NCBI GenBank assembly: GCA_963666735.1
Contig: OY762926.1
Location: forward strand, 2,656,001-2,720,000
Length of the DNA stretch: 64,000 nt
Reading direction: 5' to 3'
Source of the DNA: Gemmatimonadota bacterium
GTDB lineage: Bacteria; Gemmatimonadota; Gemmatimonadetes; Palauibacterales; Palauibacteraceae
This document shows positions 56,024 through 64,000 of this stretch, piece by piece. Numbering within the stretch: the first letter of the stretch is position 1; the number at the start of each line of letters is the position of its first letter. Below the pieces are notes generated by a model. It was not told the DNA's origin. It saw nothing but the letters and a program-made list of their open reading frames with translations, and made no database searches. A program made the position numbers and the translations under genes.

Positions 56024-57481
56024 TCAAGCGGAGTCGTCCGGGAAAGCTTCGAGGTATTCCTGGATCCGGTTGAGGAAAAACGCCGCCATGGCGCCGTCCA
56101 CCACGCGATGGTCGTAGGAAAGACCGAAGTAGGCCCGGTTGCGGATCGCGATCACGTCGTTGCCTAATTGGTCCTGAACGACGACCGGCCGCTTCTCGAT
56201 CACCCCGGTGCCGAGGATGGCCACCTGAGGCTGGTTGATGATCGGGGTCCCGAACAGGTTTCCGAAGACGCCCACGTTCGTGATGGTGAACGTCCCGCCC
56301 TGGATGTCGTCGAAATCCAGGGCCTTGCCGCGGGCCTTCTCGGCGAGCTCGTTGGAGCGCTGCGCGAGTCCCAGCAAGCTGAGCTGGTCCGCGTCCTTGA
56401 GCACGGGCACGATGAGTTCGCGGCCGTCGTTGATCGCCACCGCGATCCCGAGATTGATGTTGCCGTGATACACGATCCGCGATCCGTCGACGGACGAGTT
56501 GAGGATCGGGTATTCGCCCAGGGCCTCGATCACGGCGCGATAGATGAAGGGGCCGTAGGTGAGCTTCACGCCCTGATCGGCGAAGCGCGACTTGAGTGAA
56601 CGCCGGAGTTTGACGATCCGCTCGAAGTCCACCTCGGTCACCGACGTCACATGCGCGGAAACGCGCTTGGACATGAGCATGTGTTCCATCGTCCGCAGGC
56701 GGACTCTGCTCATCTCCTCGACCCGGTCGCGCTCCCGAATCGGCACGGAACCGAGCCGGACATCGAGCGTGGCCCCGTGGATCGGGATCCGAAGCGTGCC
56801 GGGGGTCGCCGGCGCGGGCGCCGACGTCTCGGGCAGCGCCGGCGCCGGCGCCTTCACATCGGGGGCCGGGGCCGGCGGCGGGACCACGGCGGGCGCCGCG
56901 GTGGCAACGGGCGCCGCCTCCGGCCCGCCGGCCGAGATGAACGCCAGAATGTCATCCCGGGTTACCCGGCCGGAGGTACCCGTCCCGGGCACCTGGTGGA
57001 TGTCGACCCCGTGCTCCGCGGCGATTTTCCGCACCAGCGGCGTCGATCGTGTCCGCAGCCGCTCATCCCGGCTGGCCGGTGGCGCCTCCGCCGGCGACTC
57101 CGGGGATACGGGCGTGGCGCCCGCTGGCCGTACGGCGGGGATTGCCGCCGCCGCGGTCGAGGTCACGGGGTCCGCGACCCTCGCCTCCGCCGGCGGGTCG
57201 GCCGCGGGCGCCGACGGTGCGGCGGATGTCGCGACCGCGGCGTCGGTCTCGATGCGGGCGACCACGGTGTTGATCTCCACCGTCTCCCCGCTCTGCACCA
57301 GAACCTCGGCCAGCACCCCTCCCGCCGGGGACGGAATGTCCGCGTCCACCTTGTCGGTGGATATCTCGAACAGATCCTCGTCCCGCTCGACCGCATCCCC
57401 GACCCTCTTGAGCCAGCGCGTCAACGTCCCCTCCGCGATGGACTCCCCCATCTGCGGCATGATGACATCCACTTTGGACAT
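56024..57481 (-). CDS. 2-oxoacid dehydrogenase E2 dihydrolipoamide acyltransferase
   Basis: MPQMGES, EISTDKVD, GTGTSGRVTRDD, YDHRVVDG. Confidence 0.95.
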   Translation of the reverse strand: MSKVDVIMPQMGESIAEGTLTRWLKRVGDAVERDEDLFEISTDKVDADIPSPAGGVLAEVLVQSGETVEINTVVARIETDAAVATSAAPSAPAADPPAEARVADPVTSTAAAAIPAVRPAGATPVSPESPAEAPPASRDERLRTRSTPLVRKIAAEHGVDIHQVPGTGTSGRVTRDDILAFISAGGPEAAPVATAAPAVVPPPAPAPDVKAPAPALPETSAPAPATPGTLRIPIHGATLDVRLGSVPIRERDRVEEMSRVRLRTMEHMLMSKRVSAHVTSVTEVDFERIVKLRRSLKSRFADQGVKLTYGPFIYRAVIEALGEYPILNSSVDGSRIVYHGNINLGIAVAINDGRELIVPVLKDADQLSLLGLAQRSNELAEKARGKALDFDDIQGGTFTITNVGVFGNLFGTPIINQPQVAILGTGVIEKRPVVVQDQLGNDVIAIRNRAYFGLSYDHRVVDGAMAAFFLNRIQEYLEAFPDDSA

Positions 57482-57513
57482 GGTGTTCTTCCCCGGCGTA
57501 AAGCCGCGTGGTT

Positions 57514-58488
57514 TCAGTAACTCAATTGCAGGCGCGCCATCGAGACGACGTCCGCGACCTGGGGCAGATGAGCCTCCTCCAGCTCCGCCGCATAGGGCAC
57601 CGGCGTGTCGAGCGCGGCGACGCGCCGGATCGGAGCGTCGAGCCACTCGAACGCATGCTCGGAAACGAGCGCGGCCACCTCGCCGCCGAACCCGCCGAAC
57701 TGCGGCGCTTCGTGCAGGAGGAGAAGTCTCCCCGTCTTCTTCACGCTCTCGAGGATCGCCGCGCTATCAAGCGGTTGCAGCGTCCTCAAGTCGATGATCT
57801 CGATCTCTGCGCCATCCTCCGCGGCCAACTGCGCCGCAGCCTCCTGCGCCGTGTGGACCATGGCGCCATACGTGACCAGCGTCAGGTCCGTTCCTCCGCG
57901 GTGCGTTCGGGCCTTCCCCAGCGGAGTCAGGAACTCCTCGCCTTCCTCCAGCTCTTCACGGAGTCTTCGATACAGGTACTTGTGCTCGAAGAAGAGAACC
58001 GGATCAGGGTCCCGAATCGCGGCTTTGAGCAGTCCTTTCGCATCCCTCACGGTGGCCGGGGCCACCAGCTTGAGGCCCGGCACGTTGGCGAAGTACGACT
58101 CGACATTCTGGGAGTGAAACGGCCCTGCGCGTACACCCGCGCCGCAGGGTCCCCGAATCACCAGCCCGGCCCCCGCCCCCGTCCGGTACCGGACCTTGGC
58201 GGCGAAGTTGACGATCACGTTGAACGCCGGCGCGATGAAGTCGATGAACTGCATCTCGCACACCGGCTTGAGGCCCATCTGCGCGGCCCCGATCGCCGCG
58301 CCCACGATCGCTGCCTCGCTGATCGGCGTGTCGATGACGCGATCCTCACCGAATTCCGCGAGCAGGCCCTCCGTAATCTTGAAGGCGCCGCCGTAGGCGC
58401 CAATGTCCTCGCCCATGACAAAGACATCGTCGTCCGCCCGCATCTCCTCACGGATCGCCTGTCGGATCGCCTCAAGATAGGTAGCCAC
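57514..58488 (-). CDS. 2-oxoacid dehydrogenase E1 beta subunit
   Basis: GEDIG.YGG.F, DTPISE, EMQFIDF, PFHSQ, FFEHK. Confidence 0.95.
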   Translation of the reverse strand: MATYLEAIRQAIREEMRADDDVFVMGEDIGAYGGAFKITEGLLAEFGEDRVIDTPISEAAIVGAAIGAAQMGLKPVCEMQFIDFIAPAFNVIVNFAAKVRYRTGAGAGLVIRGPCGAGVRAGPFHSQNVESYFANVPGLKLVAPATVRDAKGLLKAAIRDPDPVLFFEHKYLYRRLREELEEGEEFLTPLGKARTHRGGTDLTLVTYGAMVHTAQEAAAQLAAEDGAEIEIIDLRTLQPLDSAAILESVKKTGRLLLLHEAPQFGGFGGEVAALVSEHAFEWLDAPIRRVAALDTPVPYAAELEEAHLPQVADVVSMARLQLSY

Positions 58489-58544
58489 GGCGCAAAGAAT
58501 AACCGCGCGCCGTCCGCATCAGCAACGCCTCGCGTTGCGTCCCT

Positions 58545-59633
58545 TTACCCGTGAGTAAAGGGCACATCCGTCACACGCAGCGCAACTCCGGGATGGTCTA
58601 TCGGCTCGAGTACGGCGCCGAGGGCGATCTCCCGCCGAACGTAGCCCAGGCCGATGGGGCCGAATCGTGGAGAGTGAACCGCGGACGTGACGACCCCGAC
58701 GGGCCTGGCGCCATCGGAGGGCGCGTGAAGGTCGGCCCCCACGAGGTCGCCTGCCTGGCGGAGGGCGTCCGGGGCCCAGCGGAGCCCCCTCAGATGACGG
58801 TTCACATGGCCGCGGTAGTGGATGCGGGCGACGACCTCCTGCCCCGTGAAGCACCCCTTGGAGAAGCTGATCGCCCGGCCATCCTGGCCCGCTTCCTGCG
58901 CCAGCCGCTCCGCGCCCAGCTCGGACCCGAAGACCGGCAATCCTCGCTCCAGGCGCAGGATCTCCCAGTCTCCGCAACCGGCGGCGGCTCCCCCGGCCCG
59001 CGTAACGGCCTCGTCCAGCTGTCTCAAGAGCGGTCTGGCGTCGCGCGCGTCGCCAGCGTGACCGACATACAGGTCGAACCCGACTCCCTCGATTTCCTCC
59101 CGGCGAGCCGCGAGGGCTGCCTTGCCCCCGACATGTACGGTGGTCGCTTCGAGAGGGGCCAATTCGCCGGCGGGGCGCAGGAACGAGACTCCCGCAGCCG
59201 CTCGCCAGCGGTCGAGCGCCTCGGTCGCCCGGGGTCCGATGAGCGAATGCACGGCAACGTTCGTCATGCCGTGCTTTGCAAGCATCGGGGGCACGTACTT
59301 CCGAAGGTGATCTTCAAGGGCCGGCAAGGCATCGCCCGGGGTATCCAGCCACAGCGTCTCCGTTGCCGGTGCCGAGTCTCCGGCGCCGCGCTCGAAGCCC
59401 GGCGCGGGGAGAATCCGGAGATCGACGACGACGCGGCCGCGGCGATCCAGAAGGAAGGAATAGACGCCCCGGCCCGACGGGACATCCTTCACATCGTTCG
59501 AGGCGAGGCCGTTCACGACTTGCAGCGCCCCCGGACCCGATACCGCGACGACACCGCGCCGAGAGCTCGAGAACAGTCCCACGCGTTCGACCGCGGCACG
59601 ATACCCTTCCGACCCGGAGCCCCCCCGCATCAC
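58545..59633 (-). CDS. ygfZ: YgfZ/GcvT-like folate-binding protein
   Basis: SFSKGCFTGQEVVAR signature. Confidence 0.88.
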   Translation of the reverse strand: MMRGGSGSEGYRAAVERVGLFSSSRRGVVAVSGPGALQVVNGLASNDVKDVPSGRGVYSFLLDRRGRVVVDLRILPAPGFERGAGDSAPATETLWLDTPGDALPALEDHLRKYVPPMLAKHGMTNVAVHSLIGPRATEALDRWRAAAGVSFLRPAGELAPLEATTVHVGGKAALAARREEIEGVGFDLYVGHAGDARDARPLLRQLDEAVTRAGGAAAGCGDWEILRLERGLPVFGSELGAERLAQEAGQDGRAISFSKGCFTGQEVVARIHYRGHVNRHLRGLRWAPDALRQAGDLVGADLHAPSDGARPVGVVTSAVHSPRFGPIGLGYVRREIALGAVLEPIDHPGVALRVTDVPFTHG

Positions 59634-59666
59634 GTCGACGCAGCCCGCCGGGTCAGGCGATGCGGC

Positions 59667-59697
59667 AAAAAAAGCTCCCGGGCCGAAACCCGGGAGC
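59667..59697 (-). terminator. Intrinsic terminator after OmpA-family gene
   Basis: GCTCCCGGG/CCCGGGAGC stem plus T7 on the minus strand. Confidence 0.85.
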
Positions 59698-59742
59698 CTG
59701 ACTCCGACCTGGCCATGAAGTGCAGCTCAGGACATCGCCGAT

Positions 59743-60381
59743 CTAGTTCGAGCCTGATCCGGCCCACTCGACCACGAACGTCGCACGTCGGTTCTCGATC
59801 CCGCTCTGGCGATCGTCGACCCCGGTGTCCTCGTTTATGAGGCGGGTTTCACCCATGGCCGCAATGCCGATGTTGTCGGCGTTCATTCCCGCGGTCTGCA
59901 CGAGATAGTCCCTCACGCTCTCGGCGCGCTCCCGAGCCAGGCTCAGGTTGTACGCCTCGGATCCGGCCCGGTCGGCAGAGCCTTCCACGGTGACTCGGGC
60001 TTGAGGGAAGGACCCCAGGATCGCCGCCGCGAACGCATCCAGAATCGGGCGGTCGACCGACCGCACCTCGGAACTGTTGAAGTCGAAATGCACCGGCAGG
60101 GAAACGGCGAGTCCCGCCCCGTGCATGTCGTCGTCGCTGACGTGTCCTCCGAACTCCTGCTGCAGACGATCAAGCTGACTCCGCAACTCCTCTATGTCGC
60201 CCTGAAGCGCCTCCACCGCAGCCGTATTCGCGGCGATGCGGGTCTCATGATCGGCAAGTTGCCCGTGCACGGGCTCCATGACGCGATCGAGTTCCCATTG
60301 GCGTACGAGCTGCATGCAGCCCGCAGACAGGAAGGCTAGAGTCACCACAACCATCGGGACCCACACCCTGTTCTGGCGCAT
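59743..60381 (-). CDS. OmpA/Pal-family lipoprotein with coiled coil
   Basis: Lipobox LSAGC; VHFDFNSS, EGSAD..G...YNL.L...RA.SV..YL, NRRA. Confidence 0.92.
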   Translation of the reverse strand: MRQNRVWVPMVVVTLAFLSAGCMQLVRQWELDRVMEPVHGQLADHETRIAANTAAVEALQGDIEELRSQLDRLQQEFGGHVSDDDMHGAGLAVSLPVHFDFNSSEVRSVDRPILDAFAAAILGSFPQARVTVEGSADRAGSEAYNLSLARERAESVRDYLVQTAGMNADNIGIAAMGETRLINEDTGVDDRQSGIENRRATFVVEWAGSGSN

Positions 60382-60406
60382 CCTTACTACTCCTTCTTTT
60401 CTCGAC

Positions 60407-61078
60407 TCAAGGGAAGTTGACCCGGAGGCCAACGGAGAGCGGTATTTCCATTATGGAGCTGAACCCGGGCGAGTTGTTGAGTGCACCGTACACGGCCGTC
60501 GCCGACGCGTCGGCCATGACGTAGCGAAGGTCGGCCGACGCGAAGAGCGTGACCATCGGAACTCCGCTCTCGGCGTGTCGGGCGAGGTTGAACCCCGCCT
60601 TGATGCCGGCGTTGACGGAGGGATACGACCCGTTTACGAGACCCACCTTATGGCGTCCCGGACCCGGGTTGTTCAGCAGCAGAATCGGGTCCGAGTCGAG
60701 CGTCGAAGCACCCACGCCGAAATCGACCGCCACGGTGGCGCTCCCCATCGGATCCGTGAGGTGATATTCGATCCCGCCGGTCAGGTGCAGGATCTGAAAG
60801 TTCGGGTCGACCGCTCCCTTCGTGCCGAGCATGTCCAGCGCTCCCTCGGCCCGCAGCGCCAGCCGCGGACGCAGGAAGTAGGATGCCGCGCCCGAGAACG
60901 AGGGACCCGACTCGGCGGCATCGGCGATGTCGCCCATCGGCATGGCCAACCCGACTCCGCCCTCGAAAGACCAGAACATTGGAGAGTAGGGACTCTGGGC
61001 CTCGGCCCGGATCGGCAGAAAAGCGAACGCAGCCATCGCGCCAACCGCCAACACCAGCTTCTTGAACACATCCTTCAT
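60407..61078 (-). CDS. Small outer-membrane beta-barrel protein
   Basis: GGAGG RBS, signal ending AEA, alternating beta-strands, terminal VGLRVNFP. Confidence 0.8.
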   Translation of the reverse strand: MKDVFKKLVLAVGAMAAFAFLPIRAEAQSPYSPMFWSFEGGVGLAMPMGDIADAAESGPSFSGAASYFLRPRLALRAEGALDMLGTKGAVDPNFQILHLTGGIEYHLTDPMGSATVAVDFGVGASTLDSDPILLLNNPGPGRHKVGLVNGSYPSVNAGIKAGFNLARHAESGVPMVTLFASADLRYVMADASATAVYGALNNSPGFSSIMEIPLSVGLRVNFP

Positions 61079-61322
61079 ATCGACCTCCTGCGAGTTGTGA
61101 GGCCGCCGAGGAACGCGCGGGCTGTCTGATTCGCCACGCAAACCAAGCACGAACATCCAACTGCAACCAACGGCACCCGGCCTCCGATGTCGCTGGAAAA
61201 ATCAATCCAAGCTAAGCCCTATGTCGAATAACATGCAAGATATCCAACGCGTACTCCGGCGCGTGCCGAAGCCTCGTTCGGGGATGGCCGGCCAGGCTTC
61301 CGAACATGCGAAGATCCGCGGT

Positions 61323-62237
61323 TCAGGTGCGGGAGACGTACTCCGCCAATCCCGTCGCGAAGTCGCGCGGACGGAACGCCGGAAAGCGCCGCCGGGCCAG
61401 GTCTGAATCGGCGACCCCATCCTGGGTTACGAAGTCCACGGCGTCGCGCGACAGGATCTGGCCGGGGAGAAGCTCCGCACACGCGGCCGCGAGCCTTGCG
61501 AGACCCGCCGGGATGTGGAGAATCGCCCGGCGCCGTCCGAGCGCCGCCATGGCCGTTCGAACGACGTCGTCCAGCGACAGGACATGCGGACCGCCCGCCT
61601 CCAGCGTGAGTCCGTCTCCGGCCGAACCCAGCGTCGCCTCGCACACGAGGTCCGCCAGATCATCCACGTGGATCGGGGTGATCCGCCCGGAGCCGTCCCC
61701 GAGCTGGGGAAAAACGAGCGGAATCCCGCGAATGAGCGCGATGAAGCGATTCAGGCTCCGGTCCTCGGGGCCGTAGACCCATGAGGGTCGGACAATGACG
61801 TGGTCGAGGCCCGAGTCCCGCACGGACGCCTCCGCCAGCCCCTTCGCGCGATACCAGGTCCGCGCGGAGCCGGGATCGGCACCGACCCCGGACAAATAGA
61901 CGAGCTTGCGCACGCCCGCCTCCGCGGCGGCCTCCACCAGGGCGGCGGTGCCGCGGGCGTCGACCTCCATGAACGTCCGGCCCCGCGCGGGCGCCTCCAC
62001 CGGATAGCCCGGGAACTGGACGGAAAGGATGGCTGCGTCCACGCCGCGCATCGCCGCTGCGAGCGCGCCGGCCCGACGCACGTCCCCCCGGGCGTATTCC
62101 GCCGGGAGCCCGAGGCGCCCCGCGCCGGCGGGGTTTCGGGTCAGCACGGCAACCCGCGCCCCGCGATGGTGCAGCCCCCGGACAAAGGCCCGCCCGAGGA
62201 AGCCGGTCCCGCCCGCGACGAGGACCCGCGGCATCAC
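61323..62237 (-). CDS. Atypical SDR (NDUFA9-like NAD-dependent epimerase)
   Basis: VAGGTGFLG, YRAK, RPSWVYGPED. Confidence 0.88.
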   Translation of the reverse strand: MMPRVLVAGGTGFLGRAFVRGLHHRGARVAVLTRNPAGAGRLGLPAEYARGDVRRAGALAAAMRGVDAAILSVQFPGYPVEAPARGRTFMEVDARGTAALVEAAAEAGVRKLVYLSGVGADPGSARTWYRAKGLAEASVRDSGLDHVIVRPSWVYGPEDRSLNRFIALIRGIPLVFPQLGDGSGRITPIHVDDLADLVCEATLGSAGDGLTLEAGGPHVLSLDDVVRTAMAALGRRRAILHIPAGLARLAAACAELLPGQILSRDAVDFVTQDGVADSDLARRRFPAFRPRDFATGLAEYVSRT

Positions 62238-62285
62238 TTCACCTCCCGACTGGCGCCGGGGCGCGCATCACCTGAACATCCTCCG

Positions 62286-64000
62286 ATGACGTTCGACATC
62301 GTATTCGTGCTGGCATTGGCGCTCGCGGCCCTGGTCCTGTTCGCGATCGACCGGCTCCGCCTCGACCAGGTCGCCATGGCGATTCCCGTCGCCCTGCTCC
62401 TCGGCGGCATCCTCACGCCGGCGGAGGCGGTGTCGGGCCTTTCCTCCACCGCCACGGTCACGGTCGGCGCGATGCTCGTCCTCGGTCTGGGGCTCCGCAA
62501 GACCGGCCTTGTGGCCGCCATCGGGACCTGGGCGCGGACCGCCCCGCTCGGCGGGCCGCACCGCCGCATGTTCGTCCTCTGTCTCATCGTCGCCCTCCTG
62601 TCCCCCTTCCTCAACAACACCGCCGTGGTGATGGTGTTCATCCCCGTCTTCGTTTCGCTCGCGGAACAGGCGGAGGAACCGGCGTCAATGTACCTCATGC
62701 CGCTGTCGTTCGTCTCGATCCTCGGGGGCACGGTCACGCTCATCGGCACCTCCACGAACCTCGTCGTCCACGGAGAGGCGGTGCGGAGGGGATACGACGA
62801 CCTCGGCATGTTCTCCATCGCGCCGCTGGGGCTGATCATGCTCGCGATAGGTCTCCTCTACATGTTCACGATTGGCCGGGCCCAGATGCCGCGGCGCACG
62901 CGGCCGCCCGACCTGTCCAGCAAGTACGACGTCCGGCGCTTCGTCACCGAACTCCTCGTGACGCCGGACTCGCCCGCCGAGGGTCGGTCGCTGGCGGACC
63001 TGAAGTGGGGTGAACGGTACGGCGTCACGGTGCTGGGGATCGAGAGGGGTGAGCAGGACATCACCACGCCGCGCGGCGAACGCCACATCCGGCCGGACGA
63101 CATCCTCTATGTACAGGGCGCGGCCGATCGACTGCTGGACCTTGCGCGTCGGCAGCGCCTCGTGACCCCGAGGGAGCGCACGCGGCGCCAGCTCAAGCTC
63201 ACGTCCGGCGGCGGCCGCATGGTGGAGGTCATCGTCGCCCCGGGCTCGCCCCTTGTGGGCCGAACCCTGCGAGACCAGGGCTTCGCGCAGCGCTACGATG
63301 CGACGGTGCTCGCGATTCAGCAGCACGGCGTCACCGTGACCGAACGGCTCGCAGAGATCGAGTTCGGCGTCGGCGATCTCCTCCTCGTGCATGGTACCAC
63401 GGCGTCCCTCGAGCGCCTCGCGGACGACCCGGCCTTCATCCCGATGTCGGAGGTAAAGACGCCTTCGGGAGACCGGCCGCGCGCCGCCGTGGCCGCCGCG
63501 ATCATGGTCGGGGTCGTCGCGATGGCGGGGTTCGGCGTTCTCAACATCATGACCGCCGCCCTGACGGGCGTGGGTCTGATGGTGTTCACCAGCTGCGTGA
63601 AGGTCGAGGAGATCTACGAGGAGGTGGACTGGCTCGTGATCTTCGTCCTCGCGGGGCTGATCCCCCTGGGCGTAGCCCTCGAGTCCACCGGAGCGGCCTC
63701 GTGGCTGGCCGGGTGGGTGGTGATACTCACCGCGAACCTGGGCGAGGTCGGTCTCATCGCCGCCTTCTACCTGGTGACCGCGATCCTCACGGCCATCGTC
63801 TCCAACGCGGCGACCGCCGTCATGCTCACGCCGGTCGCGATCCTCACCGCAATAGAAGCGGGCGTGAATCCGTACGCCCTGCTCGTCGCCGTGATGTTCG
63901 GGGCTTCGGCCTCCTTCGTCACACCGTTCGGGTACCAGACGAACGTCATGATCTACGCGCCGGGCGGGTACCGTTTCTCGGACTTCGTGAAGGTGGGCGG
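62286..64000 (+). CDS. SLC13/CitMHS permease with TrkA-C domains, 3' end outside window
   Basis: Manual translation MTFDIVFVL...SPFLNNTAVV...LGGTVTLIGTSTNL...FVTPFGYQTN. Confidence 0.92.
   Translation, partial: MTFDIVFVLALALAALVLFAIDRLRLDQVAMAIPVALLLGGILTPAEAVSGLSSTATVTVGAMLVLGLGLRKTGLVAAIGTWARTAPLGGPHRRMFVLCLIVALLSPFLNNTAVVMVFIPVFVSLAEQAEEPASMYLMPLSFVSILGGTVTLIGTSTNLVVHGEAVRRGYDDLGMFSIAPLGLIMLAIGLLYMFTIGRAQMPRRTRPPDLSSKYDVRRFVTELLVTPDSPAEGRSLADLKWGERYGVTVLGIERGEQDITTPRGERHIRPDDILYVQGAADRLLDLARRQRLVTPRERTRRQLKLTSGGGRMVEVIVAPGSPLVGRTLRDQGFAQRYDATVLAIQQHGVTVTERLAEIEFGVGDLLLVHGTTASLERLADDPAFIPMSEVKTPSGDRPRAAVAAAIMVGVVAMAGFGVLNIMTAALTGVGLMVFTSCVKVEEIYEEVDWLVIFVLAGLIPLGVALESTGAASWLAGWVVILTANLGEVGLIAAFYLVTAILTAIVSNAATAVMLTPVAILTAIEAGVNPYALLVAVMFGASASFVTPFGYQTNVMIYAPGGYRFSDFVKVG

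Overview
This is high-GC bacterial chromosomal DNA that spans the replication origin. The gene set resembles Gemmatimonadota, possibly a marine or host-associated lineage (inference only). Core genes: oriC between dnaA and dnaN, rpmH-rnpA-yidD-yidC, parS-parA-parB-M23-bactofilin, polA, csp, slt, gcvH-gcvP, dapF, mutY, pyrF, an actinobacterial Sdh1-type succinate dehydrogenase, 2-oxoacid dehydrogenase E1beta/E2, and a Tat-exported xanthine-oxidase-family molybdoenzyme with a cytochrome b. Accessory genes: two type II TA pairs, an IS1380-family element and a spondin-domain lipoprotein. Two things stand out. (1) In the first 18 kb, three AT-richer cassettes each pair a different small Cys-rich protein with an exported 6-bladed beta-propeller, and a fourth propeller stands alone. 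Two cassettes share an identically spaced upstream motif. Two modules are bracketed by a duplicated 3' end of the neighbouring gene, with no integrase nearby. This is a candidate polymorphic peptide/receptor (or toxin/immunity) cassette system. (2) A stand-alone unit of about 250 nt at 32.9-33.2 kb has its own promoter and terminator, a 12-15 nt complement to the 16S rRNA 3' end, a 21-codon ORF ending in -LEAA, and a long nested helix. This is a candidate undescribed structured RNA. Four single-base frameshifts, one of them in dnaA, suggest indel errors in the assembly.
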